Positions 39,481 through 52,898 of a stretch of DNA of 64,000 nucleotides are shown piece after piece. A program made the translations under genes and the position numbers. The stretch spans positions 154,506,001-154,570,000 of the forward strand of contig NC_086097.1 of the NCBI RefSeq assembly GCF_963921235.1, in the 5' to 3' direction. Under the pieces are notes generated by a model that was not told the DNA's origin, ran no database searches, and was given only the letters and a program-made list of their open reading frames with translations. The first letter of the stretch is position 1. Every line of letters starts with the position of its first letter. Source of the stretch: Mobula hypostoma (taxonomy: Eukaryota).

Positions 39481-40785
39481 AGCACCTTTAAGGAGGAGAG
39501 AATTCAGATGCAGTCTAGACTCAAGCTGGTAAGGGAGAAAGATGTGACACTTATAGCCAGAATTCACTAGATGAGTAAACAGATAATGTGCAAAATAAAG
39601 CAGAATAAATAACCTCCCCATACAGTATAGTATCTCTGGTTAATAACACAAATGAAAATGAAGCAGGTTACAGAAATTTCAGAGGGTAAGTGAAAAGGAA
39701 AATGAAAGAGGCAAAGAATGTGAATAAAGTTTTTCAGAAAACATAAATGGACATTCAAAATTATATTGATATATAAAGAGTGAACACTAAGTCAGAAATG
39801 GGGTCAATTAGAATCCAAAAAAAAATCTATTCATGGAGGCAGACAGCACAGCCAAGGTACTAAATGAATCCTCTTCATCAGTCTTTACTAAGTGTAAAGC
39901 TTCTGCTGATGCCTCAGCAACGGTAGATTAATTGCGATACAGGATGGGCTAAATCTTAATACAGAGAAGGAACAATAAAACCCAACAGTACTTGAGAGTG
40001 GATAAATCGTCAAGAGCAGATATTAATCCTTGGTAGGTGAAGGACACACAAGGTAGAAATAGTCCGAGCCTGCTCTGTCATGCAGTCAGGGCTGATTCCC
40101 TATCTCAAAACCATATTCCAACTCTCTCTTCATATCCATTGATATCTAGAAATCTAACTATCTCCTTCTTTTCTGGGACATGACCTCTACCACCTTCCAT
40201 GGTAGGGAATTCAACTGGTTCATCACCCTTTGGCCAACAAAAAGATTCTCGACATCTCAAACTTAAATGCATGAGGTTGCAACTCTGTATCCAGGATTAT
40301 CTGTAGCAGAGGAAACATCCAATATCTACCAGTTTGTCTGAGAGTATAAGACCATAAGACCTAAAAGCAGAATTAGGCTATTTGGCCCATCGGGTCTGCT
40401 CTACCATTCAATCATGGCTGATCCTTTTTTTCTTTCCTCCTTAGCCCCTCTCCCTATCCTTCTCCCTGTAACCTTTGATGTCATGGCCAATCAAGAGTCT
40501 ACCAATCTCCGCCTTAAATACACAGAACGATCTGGCCTCCACAGCTGCCTGTGGTAACAAATTCCACAAATTCCGTCTGGCTAATGAAATTTCTCTGCAT
40601 CCCTGAGGTTGTGCCCTCTTGTCCTAGACTGCCCACCATGGGAAACATCCTTTCCACATCTACTCTGTCTAGGCCTTGCCACATTCGAAAGGTTTCAATG
40701 AGGTCCCCCCCACCCCCTTATCTTTTAAATTCCAGTGAATACAGACCTACAGCTATCAAACTTTCCCGTATGATAACCCTCTCAT

Positions 40786-42556
40786 TGTTACCAAGTTCGG
40801 ACATGGCCCAAGTGTGGAGTGAGAGACACTGAAGCAGGTCAATAGTTCATAAACTTTATTGCGAACAGTGTTAAAGGAGAAAAGAAACAATAAACGCTAG
40901 GTCAAATAGGGCCGTTAACTAAAACTCTCAAATAGGAAACGAAGCCTATACTGTGGCTGAGAAGAAGATCTAAACATTAACAAATACCGCTAGTCTTCAA
41001 AGTCAGTTGACTCAAAAGTCCAATTTCTCAGGGAAGGCTGAAAGCAAACAGGCAGCAAAGTGTTGCTATGCTATGTCGAAGTCTCGATAAACCCTACGAC
41101 GACAAGTATGGAGTTAACCAGCCTACCAGCCTCCACTAGGAGTTGAGGATGCCATCGTCTACCTGCTGAACCGTGTCTACGCCCACCTGGACAAGCCAGC
41201 GAGCACTGTGAGGGTCATGTTTTTTGACTTCTCCAGTGCGTTCAACACCATCCGCCCTGCTCTGCTGGGGGAGAAGCTGACAGCAATGCAGGTGGATGCT
41301 TCCCTGGTATTATGGATTCTTGATTGCCTGACCGGCAGACCACACTACATGTACTTGCAACACTGTGTGTCCGACAGAGTGATCAGCAGCACTGGGGCTC
41401 CACAGGGGACTGGCTTGTCTCCCTTTCTCTTTACCATTTACACCTCGGACTTCAGCTACTGCACAGAGTCTTGTCATCTTCAGAAGTTTTCAGATGACTC
41501 TGCCATAGTTGGATGCATCAGCAAGGGAGATGAGGCTGAGTACAGGGCTACGGTAGGAAACTTTGTCACATGGTGTGAGCAGAATTATCTGCAGCTTAAT
41601 GTGAAAATGACTAAGGAGCTGGTGGTAGACCTGAGGAGAGCTAAGGTACCGGTGACCCCTGTTTCCATCCAGGGGGTCAGTGTGGACATGGTGGAGGATT
41701 ACAAATACCTGGGGGTACGAATTGACAATAAACTGGACCGGTCAAAGAACACTGAGGCTGTCTACAAGAAGGGTCAGAGCCGTCTCTATTTCCTGAGGAG
41801 ACTGAGGTCCTTTAACATCTGCCGGACGATGCTGAGGATGTTCTACGAGTCTGTGGTGGCAGCTATCATGTTTGCTGTTGTGTGCTGGGGCAGCAGACAC
41901 CAACAGAATCAACAAACTCATTCATAAGGCCAGTGATGTTGTGAGGATGGAACTGGACTCTCTCACGGTGGTGTCTGAAAAGAGGATGCTGCCCAAGTTG
42001 CATGCCATCTTGGACAATGTCTCCCATCCACTACATAATGTACTGGTTGGGCACAGGAGTACATTCGCCCAGAGACTCATTCCACCGAGTTGCAACACAG
42101 AGCGTCACAGGAAGTCATTTCTGCCTGTGACCATCAAACTTTACAACTCCTCCCTTGGAGGGTCAGACACCCTGAGCCGATAGGCCGGTCCTGGACTTAT
42201 TTCATAATTTACTGGTATAATTTACATATTACTATTTAACTATTTATTACTATTTTCTATTACTATTGTATTACTATTTATTATTTCTATGACTATTACT
42301 ATTTACTATTTACTAATAGTAATATTACTATTTACTATTTACTAATAGTAATATTACTATTGCTATTTCTATTACTATTTATTATTTATGGTGCAACTGT
42401 AATGAAAACCAGTTTCCCCCGGGATCAATAAAGTATGACTATGACTATGACTATGACTATAAATACTATCACCATTAAATAATAATTAGCTGACACATGC
42501 AAACTCACAAATGCAATTGCCGTATCTACTGCGCTGCCGAATTCGTGGTTGTGACA
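40786..42556 (-). mobile_element. Solo LTR (~430 bp net) with 5-bp TSD, interrupted by Rex1
   Basis: Termini TGTTAC...GTGACA; TSD CTCAT at 40781-85 and 42557-61; CR1 is continuous on both sides. Confidence 0.85.
41119..42460 (+). mobile_element. Rex1/Babar LINE, 5'-truncated, relatively young
   Basis: 239-aa ORF VMFFDFSSAFNTI..TGAPQGT.LSPFLF..QKFSDDS..YKYLG; AATAAA plus (TATGAC)n tail. Confidence 0.92.
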
Positions 42557-43125
42557 CTCATTCCTGGAATCATCCTTGTGAACCTCCTCTGAACCCTCTC
42601 CAATGTCAGCACATCTTTTCTCAGATGAGGGGCCCAAAACTGTTCACAATACTCAAGGTGAGGCCTCACCAGTGCCTTATAAAGCCTCAGCTTCAGATCC
42701 TTGCTCTTGTATTCTAGACCTCTTGAAATGAATGCTAACATGGCATTTGCCTTCCTTCCTCACCGCTGACTCGACTTGCAAGTTAATCTTTAGGGTGTTC
42801 TGCACAAGGACTCCTAAGTCCCTTTGCATCTCAGATTTTTAGATTTTCTCCCTGTTTAGAAAGTAGTCCGCACATTTATTTCTTCTAGCAAAGTGCATGA
42901 CCATGCATTTTCCAACATTGTATTTCATTTGCCACTTTCTTGCCCATTCTCTTAATCTGTTCAAGTCCTTCTGCAGCCTTTCTGTTTCCTCAATTATACC
43001 TGCCCTTCTACTAATCTTCATCTCACTTGAAAACTTGGCAAACAAAGCCATCTATTCCATCATCTAAATCATCGAAATATGGCATTGAAAAGAAGTGGTT
43101 CCAACACCTACCCCTGCGGAATACC

Positions 43126-44160
43126 TGATCAACAGACAATGCCATAGCCACAGCACTGCACCATCCTCACTCAGCTAGAGAAGAGAGATGCTTATGTTAG
43201 AATGCTGTTCTTGGACTACAGGCTCGACAACAAGCTTGGAGACCTTGGCTTGGACCCCACCTTATGCAGCTGGGTCCTGTATTTCCTGTCAAATCGCGGG
43301 CAGGTGGACACCCCTCTGATCCTCAACACAGGAGCCCCTCAGGGCTTTGTCCTGAGCCCATTTCTCTACTCCCTATACACCCACGACTGTGTTGCCATAC
43401 ACAGCTCCAATCTGCTGATAAAATTTTCAGATGACATGACAATGATCAGCCTTATTTCCAACAAATATGAGACAGCCGACAGAGAAGTAAATGCCCTGGC
43501 ACAGTGGTGCCAAAGAAACAACCTCTCCCTCACTGTCGAAAATACGAAGGAGTTGATCGTGGATTACAGGCGGAATGGAGACAGGCTAGCCCCTTTGGGA
43601 CTGTAGTTGAGAGGGTGAGTAGTTTCAAGTTCCTCAGTGTGCACATCACTGAGGAACTCACCTGGACTGTATATATCAGCTGTGTGGTGATAAAGGCACA
43701 ACAGCGCCTCTTTCACCTCAGACAGCTGGAGAAGTTTGGCATGACTCCCCCAGTCTTCAGGACTTTCTACAGGGGCACCATTGAGAGCATCCTGACTGGC
43801 TGTGTCACTGCCTGGTATGAGAACTGTACTACCCTCAGCCGCAGGGTACTGCAAAGAATGGAGCCCAGCGTATCTGTGGTGTGAACTTCCCTCTGTTCAG
43901 GACATTTACAGCAGCAGGTGTGTAAATAGGGCCCAGAGGATCATCAGGGACTCCTACCAACCCAACTGCAAACTGTCTCAGCTGCTTCCATCTGGCAAAT
44001 GATACCGCAGCATTTAGGCTAGGGCCAACAGGCTGCTTTCGCCCGCCTATCAGATTTATCAATACACATTGATCTAATTGCATAGCTGAATGTACATTGT
44101 ATTTGACTGAACACACATGTGTACAAAGCAATTATGCATACAATCTAAAGTGTCTGGGCA
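43126..44160 (+). mobile_element. Rex1/Babar fragment inside CR1
   Basis: MLFLDY, NTGAPQGFVLSP, KFSDD, KAQQRLFHLRQL; similar to 37050-38060. Confidence 0.88.
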
Positions 44161-47100
44161 ATATCCTCCCACATTTCCCTATAACATCATCTTTAACAAT
44201 TGACTCCAACAGCTTTCCAACCACTGAGGTCAGGCTAACAGGCTTTCTGCTGCCTCCTTCCTTTCTTAAAGAGCGGAGTGATACTTGCAATGTTCCAGTC
44301 CTCCAGAATCATGCCAGAGTCCAATGATTCTTGAAAGATCATTTCTAATGACTCCACGATCTCTACCATTATCTCTTTCAGAACCCTAAGGTGCAGTTCA
44401 TCTGGTCCAGGTGACATATGCACCTTTGCGCCTTCCAGCTTTTTGAGCACCTTCTCCTTTATAATAGTAACTGCACTGACTTCTCTTCCCTCACTCCCTT
44501 CAACACCTAGCTGACTGCTAGTGTCCTCCACAGTGCAAAATACTCATTTAGTTTATCTGCCATCTCGTCCCATTATTATTTCTCCAGCCTCATTTTCTAG
44601 CAGCCCTATATCCACTTTCATCTCTCTTTTCTTTTTTATATACTTGAAAAAGCCTTTCTATCCACCTTGATATTGTTTGCTAGCTTGCTTTCATATTTTA
44701 TCTTCTCCCTGCTAATGATTCTTTTAGTTGTTTTCTGTAGGCTTTTAAAAGCTTCCAAATTCTTTATCTCCCCACCAGTTTTTACTTTGTTGTATGCCCT
44801 CTCTTTTGCTTTTATCTTAGCTTTGACTTCCCTTGTTAGTCTCGGATGTACGATTTTGCTACTTGAGTATTTCTTAGTTTTTGGAATACATCTATCTTGC
44901 ACCTTCCTCATTTTTCCCAGAAACTCAATCCATTGCGGCTCTGCTGTCATCCCTGCCAGCATTTCCTTCCAATTTATTTCGGCCAGTTCCTCTCTCATAC
45001 CACTGTAATTGCCTTTACTCCACTGAAATACTGCTACGTCAGACTTTGCTTTCTCCCTATCAAATTTCAAGTTGAACTCAATCATATTGTGATCACTGGC
45101 TCCGAAGGGTTCCTTTACCTTAAGCTCCCTAATTGCCTCCATTTCATTACGTAACCCCCAATTCAGTATAGTTGATCCCCTAGAAGGCTCAATGACAAAC
45201 TGCTCTAAAAAGCCATCTCATAGGGATTCAACAAATTCACTCTCCTGGAATCCATTACCAACCTGATTTTCCCAATTTAGCTGCATGTTAAAATCTCCCA
45301 TAACTATCATAACATTGCCTTTTGACACGTCTTTTCTATTTCCCATTGCAATGTGTAATCCACATCCCAGCTACTGTTTGGAGGCCTGTATATAACTACC
45401 ATCAGGGTCCTTTTACCCTTACATTTTCTTAACTCAACCCACAAGGATTCAACATCTTCTGATCCTATGTCACATCTTTCTAATGATTTGATGCCATTTT
45501 TTATCAGGAGAGTCACGCCACCCACTCTACCTGCCTTCCTAACCCTCCGATACAACGTGTAACCTTGGACATTCAGCTCCCAACTACAACCATCCTTCAA
45601 GCACAATTCAGTGATGGCCACAACATCGTACCTGGTAATCTGTAATAATGCAACAAGATAATCCACCTTATTTCTTATACTCTGTGAGTTGAGATATAAC
45701 ACTTTGAGTATTGCATTTGCTACCTTCTTGATTCTGCATCCCTAATGAACTGATACTCACCCTGATGGATGCAATTTTGCCCTATCATTTGTCCCCCCTT
45801 CCTGACAATCTGACTGCATACTATCTTTGCTTTTTCACTATCCATCCTATCCTGAGTCCCTTTACTCCGGTTCCCACACCCCTGCCAAATTAGTTTAAAC
45901 CCTCCCCAACAGCTCTAACAAACCTGCCCACGAGAATATTGGTCCCTCTCGGATTCAGGTGCAACCTGTCACTTTTGTACAGGTCATACCTCCCCCAGAA
46001 GAGATCCCAATGACCAAGAACCTGAAGCCCTGCCCCTTGAACCAGCTTCTCAGCCATGCATTTATCTGCCAAATCATCCTGTTCCTACCCTCACTGGTGT
46101 GTGGCATAGGCAGCAACCCAGAAATTACTGCCCAGAAGGTCCTGCTTCTCAGCTTTCTACCTAGCTCCCTAAATTCTCTTTTCAGGACCTTTTTGCTGTT
46201 CCTTCCTAAATCGTTGGTATCAATATGTACCAAGACATCTGCCTGCTCTCCCTCCCTCTCCAAAATGCCATGAACACGAATTGAGACATCCCTGACCCTG
46301 GCACCTGGGAGGCAACATTCACCTCCCATTCACGTCCACAGAATCTCCTGTCTGTTTCCCTGACTATTGAGCCCCTATCATTACCACACCCTTCATCTCC
46401 CTCTTTCCCTTACGCTCCACGGACCTATGCTCAGTGCCATTAACTTGGTCTCTGTGGCATTCTCCTGGGAGGTCACCCCACAAAAGTATCCCAAACAGTA
46501 TAGTCATTATCGAGGGGAATAGCCACAGGGGTGCTCTGTGCTAACTGCCTATTCGCCTTCCCGTTTCTTCTCCTGACAGTCACCTAGCTATCCACTTCCT
46601 GCAACCTAGGGGAGACTACTTCCCTGTAACTCTGATCAATGATCTCCTCACTCTCCTGTACAAGTCGAATGTCACCCAGCTGCTGCTCCGGATCCCGAAC
46701 AGGGTCTTCAGTGAGCTGCTGCTGGATGCACTTCACGCAGATATAGTTCCCTGGGAGACTCTGGACTCCAATACCTGGCATGAAGAACACACAACAGCTA
46801 TTTAGACTACGTTAGGTACCCCTGATACAGTAAGAAAAAAAAAGAAACTTAACTGAAACTTACCAGGACAACTTACCGAAGTCTCTTCCAAGCTGAAGCC
46901 GCCTTCCAGCCAAAGCCTAACTCTCACACTCTCACCACTAGCCTACTCCCAACAATGACTGCTCTGCTTGTCCCTTCTGTACCTTTGTTTGCTCCTCTGT
47001 GCACTGCTCCCACAGCTGACTGGGCTGCCAGAATGACTTGTTCTATAAGAACTTTGCATCATTCAATGAAATCCCCTCTTATACTTCTTACTCTACTCTG

Positions 47101-47289
47101 AAAACAGGCCTAGTTGATCCTGTAGGACAATGCTGCCATACCAGCAATCTGTGCGAACATCCTGGCCACACTCCTTCAATGGTAAGTATACACTCTTTCC
47201 CATTCCTCAGCTTAGCTCCTGACTCAGTCAATTGAATGACCTCCTGCCATGCTGTGATTCTGCTGCCAGAGCTCACTGTGCTTAGAGAT

Positions 47290-48600
47290 GCAAGAGACTG
47301 CAGATGCTGGTATCTGAAGCAAAGAGAAACATCTGCTGAAAGAGCTCAATATGTTGAGCAGCGTCTGTGAAGAAAAGGAACTATTGACATTTTAGGTTGA
47401 GACCCTACATCAGGACTGAGAGTGGGGAGGTAAGATGGCCAGTAGAGAAAGGGTGGGGGAAGAGGGTGCGACAGAGGCCAGTAGGTAATGGGTGGACTAA
47501 AGAGGGTAGAAGGGTGATGGCGAGGAAGAAGGTTGGAGTTGGGAGTCAGTGGGTGACAAATGGAAATAGACACAAGGGAAAAATAAGACAGATGGAGTAC
47601 ATGGTGAGAGGGGAGGGTGAAGATGGGGAAAGAGGTTAGAGGATGAAAGTGGGGACACAAAGGCCAGTAGTATCAGAAACTGCTTCAGTTCTTTGCGGGA
47701 ATGGGACCCGTTCTCGGGGTTCCCCGACTGGCCGTTATTCGACATGCCAAGGGTTTGGCATGAGAGTTTCGATCATGTTCAGAAGCCTAAGATCTCGGGG
47801 CTTTGCAGATGGGCGGATCGAGGGTTGGTGTCACGGCAGGAGACTCGTGTGTCATCGGGGAGGCCAGAAAATCTTTTGCAGCGGGTCCGAGGACCTGAAG
47901 TCTTTGCGATCTTCGGACACAGAACTCAAAGAAAGCGACGACACAGACTTTAAACATCATAAACCAGCAGGTTGTTCTATGTCTCCCGCTCGCTGTAAAA
48001 ATGAGGGACACCTCCCTCTCCCTTGCCAGGGAGAGAGAGAACCTGTGGGTTGTCGAATTTCAGATGAAATGCGAAGCCTTTAGAGTAAACTTGGTCTGTG
48101 TCTTTGCTATTGCTTAGCACACGCTTGGGCTCGGTGATAGTACCAATGCACGTTTTTTTTTGCTGGTGGGGGGAGGGGGGATTGTTGATCGCTGCTACTT
48201 ACGCGTGGGAGGGCGGAGCTGGGGTTCTTACATTTAACTGTTGTTCATTCTTTGGGGCATGCTTCTGTTTTCATAGATGTTTGTGAAGAAAAAGCATTTC
48301 AGAATGTATATTGTATACATTTCTCTGACATTAAATTTGACCTTTGAACCTTTGAACCTTTGAACAAGGAAAGTAATGGGGCCACTAGCAGAGACATGAA
48401 AGTCAGACAGAACCAGGAGATAGGGGGGAAAAATACGGGTGATGGGCCCTGTTTTACTCCTCTTCACACCAACTATCTTTCCTCTCCATTTTCAGTCCTA
48501 ATGTAAGGTCTTGACTCTAATCTTTGACAATTCCTTCTTCCCAACCCCCCCAAAAAAACCTGCTTGACCTGTTGAGTTTCTCCAGGAGTTTGTTTATAAT
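47290..48600. mobile_element. Old inverted PLE ends (47290-47660 minus; ~48470-48600 plus) around a non-autonomous element (~47670-48365, (TTGAACCT)n tail)
   Basis: Degenerate hammerhead TCAGTCCTGATGTAGGGTCTCAACCTAAAATGTC on minus and CAGTCCTAATGTAAGGTCTTG on plus. Confidence 0.55.
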
Positions 48601-49674
48601 TTCTTTTTCATAGACTTTGGTGTTGTAGCCTCTCCGATTTGTACAATAAATTGATCACTCAGGTGCAGAAACTGTCAAAATAAATATGTCCAGTCCTCAA
48701 GTAATACTAAATTGAGGCGGTTGCAAAACAGATAGATGTTTACAACAAAAAATGTGGCACTTACTTTCCAGGAGAAATATAAAGCAATTAAGTGCAAGAC
48801 AGGAAAAATATTCTATGAAGGATTCAGGAATAATGATAAATCCCAAGGTGACTCTAAGAGCAATGGCAAGCACAACAATTAACATAAGTGATTTTCATTT
48901 TCAAGTGCACATCAATTCTAATTTGATAGGCGGTCCTTTAAGACTTGCCTGGATCCCAAGTGCTATAACACTCAATTATCACTCTGCCTTCACTTCAATT
49001 CACAACTGCAACTACACGAAGTCAGGTGGTTTCAGGATGACATCATTGATAAGAAAGGGGAATTGCCTGCAGTTTAAATTGAATAAAGGTCTGAGCTCTG
49101 CCAATTGCTACAAGGAACCGTAGGTCATGTTTGTGTACAGGGAAAATAATAGCCAGATGCAGCCTACGGCAGGGGAAAATGCCACATTTACATACGCAAG
49201 ATGGGTTAATCAAGGTTCCTACAATGGCTTTGTCTGATCTTTGCAGTTATACAAGCAATGCTGCTTTCAGACCTTGCTGTCAACTCTTTCTTTCATTCAT
49301 GACTATACATACTGAATAATCACTTTATTAGGTGTACCTAAAAAAGTGGCCACTGAATGTACGTTTGTGGTCTTCTACTGCTGTATCCTATCCACTTCAT
49401 TGTTCAACGTGTTCTGTGTTCAGAGATTCTCTTCTGCACACACTACTGTTATAATGCGTGGATATTGGAGTTGCTGTTGCCTTCCTGTTAGCTTGAACCT
49501 GTCCGGCCATTCTCCTCTGATATTTCTCATTAGCAAGGTATTTTCACCCACAGAACTGCCACTCATAGATAAATTAGTTGTTTTTCATACCATCCTCTGT
49601 AAACTGTAGTTCTGCATGAAAATCCCAGCACCAACAATCATTCCACAGTCAAAGTCACATTTCTTCCCATTTTG

Positions 49675-49912
49675 GGAGGAGGAAGAAGGAGGAGGAGGAA
49701 GAGGGAGGAGGAGGAGGGAGGAAGAGGGAGGAGGAGGAGGGAGGAAGAGGGAGGAGGAAGGAGGATGAGGAGAAGGAAGAAGTATGAGGAGGAGAAGGAA
49801 GAGGGGAAGGAGGAGGAGAAGGAGAAGGAGGACAACTTCTTCTTCTTCCTCTTCCCCTAAACCTACCCGTTCCCCTTCCTCCTCCTCCTCCTTCTCCTTC
49901 TCTTCTTCTTCC
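49675..49912. repeat. (GGA/GAA)n purine tract followed by (TTC/TCC)n pyrimidine tract
   Basis: Seen directly. Confidence 0.9.
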
Positions 49913-50980
49913 TTTTTATGGTGGCTGGCAGTGCAACTTAAAGATGCATTACCACCACCAACTGGACTGGAGTGTGGTGTAGCGAGTTGGCAAAAAAAAC
50001 TTTCAAATGAAAGCTAAATTACCCCAAAAACCCTATAGATTGTAAGTAATGAAAGATGATACTGTGAATTAAATTAAAGTCACTCCCACAACTTAAAAGT
50101 TGTTTAAATAAAAACTGTCAACACCCAAAGATTGTACTGAAGCCTGCATTTAATTTCATTCAACCTTATATGTTTGACACTGTATAGTACTGTATATGTT
50201 CAACTGTTACATAATGATGACAAAACCTATACAACCCAGATTGATGTTTTCCTGTAAATTATAAGTAATAATCAAGCATTGTATGCCCAATTGTGAATTG
50301 TGTCAAAATAACTCCTTCCCTTTTTGTTTTACCCCCTTCTCCCATAAACGCAACAGTTTTATGTATTCGATACAGGCTTCTCCCCTTCTGATGATTATTC
50401 CACAAGTCTTGCAATAACCCCATAACCTTTAACCCTACCAACCCCTTAGCTTCTGATTTGCTAAGTGGATGATCTACAAACGTATATCCACTGTTGAATT
50501 TTACCAACTTTCTTAGCTAAACAATCAACAAACTCATTCCCCTCAACACTGCTATGTGCAGGGACCCATAAGTAGAGGACATGTAAACCAATACTTTGTA
50601 TACAAAGTTTTTAACAGTAAATGTGACCTACTTCTCGGATGATCTGTTTCAAGACTCATCAAAATCGAAAAGGAATCTGAACAAATTACAACCTTACATG
50701 GACAAATTACCTCCACCTACTGTAAGCTTAAAATGAAGGCAACCAATTCTGCAGTATAAAATTATAGATAGTTAGTAAGTCGTTTCTTCATCGTTACCTA
50801 TAATTCAGGGACAAAAACAGCCACAAATTATCTTTTGATCCACCTGTAAAAATGGTTAATATACCATAATAATTTTCCTTAATATATTGGTGAACCCGTA
50901 GATTCTCAGGCATAACAGAATTCATAGACTTTATTAAATTGTTTAACCTAAAATCAATTAAAGTCATTGGAAAAATCAAG
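49895..50980 (-). mobile_element. I/Nimb-clade LINE 3' fragment with RNase H
   Basis: IFTGGSKD, VVICSDS, YLWVPAHSSVEGNEFVDCLAK, then W...KGR.L, T...IGHT.L; 3' CCACACTCCAGTCCAGTTGGTGGTGGTAATGCA plus GAA tail. Confidence 0.8.
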
Positions 50981-51949
50981 ATTGGTTAACTGAACCACTT
51001 GACCATGTCTGCATGTTTTTATGCATTGAATTGCTGCCACTGGATTGGCTGATTAGATATTTGTATTACTGAGGAGGTGTACATGTGTACCTAATAAAGT
51101 GGCCACTGAGTGTACATGACTTTCCATTGTCACTGGGATGCTGAATACTGTGGCAACACAACAAAATCAGGGCCATTACATAGGATTATTAAAAGTAAAT
51201 AAACTATCAGGCCCAGATCAAATGTAGGCCAGTGTCTGAAGAGTGGAGTATCAGAGGGTCAATTTCCAATCTGATTTGGCAAATTTTATGATGCCGAAGG
51301 AATACATGACTGATAAGGTGGTTGAAAGTGGTAGAACGGACATCAATGAGCTGGTTAGACTAATGACAATGGTGGAAACATTCTTGGAACAAAATTCTGA
51401 GGGACATTAAACAAAACTTAGAGATTAGTCACTACAAATGTGCTAAAGGAAGGTTGTATCTGATTATTAACTAAATGTTTTGAGGCATGAGACGATATAG
51501 ATTTTAGCAAGGTTTGACAAAGACCTACTGGCACATTAATCATAAAAGTAAAAGCCCTAAGGACATAATATTGTGTTTAAACTTGGTTCAGTGGTAAAGA
51601 TCAATAGATGCTATAATAACTGGAAAACCATATGTTAGGGAGTTCCGCAGGGTTCGTTGCCATCTATATTCCAAACATTCGGACTTAAGATGTAGGTGCC
51701 ATAATAAAAAGAGTCAACAGTGATACAAAAGTAAACAATTTGGTTGACAGTGAGGAAGATGTTGATGGCTTTAGGTTCAAAAGTGTCAAAACGGTTTAAG
51801 ATGGTGCTGGTGAACTTCAGTGACTTTTGGCTGGTGGCTAATGAAACAAGGAATACAACTAAATATTTTGTTACTCACACTTTTTCTGGCAAACAATCAT
51901 CGCAAGTAATTATTTGGAACTTCCCTTTAGACTTGAAGGTAATTTGATG

Positions 51950-52490
51950 TGGCAGAATCGAAACGAGGCAAGGAGGCAGGCCCATTGCTGAGAGTGAGAA
52001 GGACCCGAGGTTCAATCAGTTTAAGCGCTGTGCCGAAGGTCAAATCGAGGTGACGAAGCTCAGGCACTGGGGGTACTGAGTTGGCTGAACTCAATGTTTG
52101 AACAGTGGCTTTAGCGCCGTGCTGCATCAGTTATAGGCCAAATTGAGCCAGTGAGGTCAAGGCCCCATCAATTTACGTGCCAGGCCAGATTGAAAAGATC
52201 GGGGTGTCACCGGCCGGAGGCAAGGGACAGGCCAGTTCAGATCGCTGCTTCATGAGGTTTGCTTGGCTCTGACCTGAACTATGGAACTCTCTTGCGGATT
52301 TCAGTTCGGAATGCTATTTGCTTGTGGGTTTTTCTCTCTGCATATTGGGTGTTCAACGGTCTTCTTTTTTAATGTTTTTTTTGGGTTTCTTTGTTTTGTG
52401 GCTACCTGTTAGGAGATGAATCTCAAGGTTGTAAAATGTATATATATTTTGATAATAAATGTAGTTTATACTTTATATTTATACTTTAAT
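51950..52490 (+). mobile_element. Non-autonomous Rex-tail element
   Basis: 3' part matches 29880-30030 (TGTGGCT..GAATCTCAAGGTTGT..TTTGATAATAAATG). Confidence 0.55.
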
Positions 52491-52898
52491 CTTCAGCCTG
52501 AAGAAGCGTGAAGAGTTGCATTTAGAGGTGGCAAACAAGACAAGTGAATGCATGATAACCAGTTAGATAGTCAAATGAGGAGGCAGTAGGGAAACATGGC
52601 TAGGCTGGGAGTTGAGGCAAGAAGCAAGGTAGGAATGTCGGGAAGTGACAAAGAAGATAGAGGTAGCAAATGGGAGATGGTATTGGGTGAAGGGAGCTGT
52701 ATGGAGAAAGGCGAATGGCAGGCTTCTGGGAATTGAAGGAGTGCAGTAGCTTATCGTCCAGTGATAAAGGCAGTAGACAGGATTTAAATAAAAGAAGGAA
52801 GGAAGAGTTTAAGGTATTGCAGAGTTTTGAATACGGACCTGTTTCTGATATTAATCCAATTAAATTAACTAAGGATTTGGAAGAAGTGTTAGGAAATC

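Larger units (their letters stand above)
40345..47030 (-). mobile_element. Near full-length CR1 broken by nested insertions (pieces 40345-40785, 42557-43125, ~44170-47030)
   Basis: Same subfamily as 16184-19660; includes the ORF1 N-terminal C-x2-C/coiled region (46584-46790), esterase, APE, RT and 5' UTR. Confidence 0.9.
49308..51112 (-). mobile_element. Second copy of the Tc1-derived element, interrupted at ~49675-50980
   Basis: Reverse complement of the 5993-9261 family; TIR GTACCTAATAAAGTGGCCACTGAGTG followed by TA. Confidence 0.8.

Noticed and set aside
42225..42390. CRISPR-like or regulatory repeat array
   Set aside because: AT-rich slippage repeats in a Rex1 3' UTR; no spacers; eukaryotic context.
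49638..50017. R/E-rich and S/L-rich ORFs
   Set aside because: Translations of a microsatellite.
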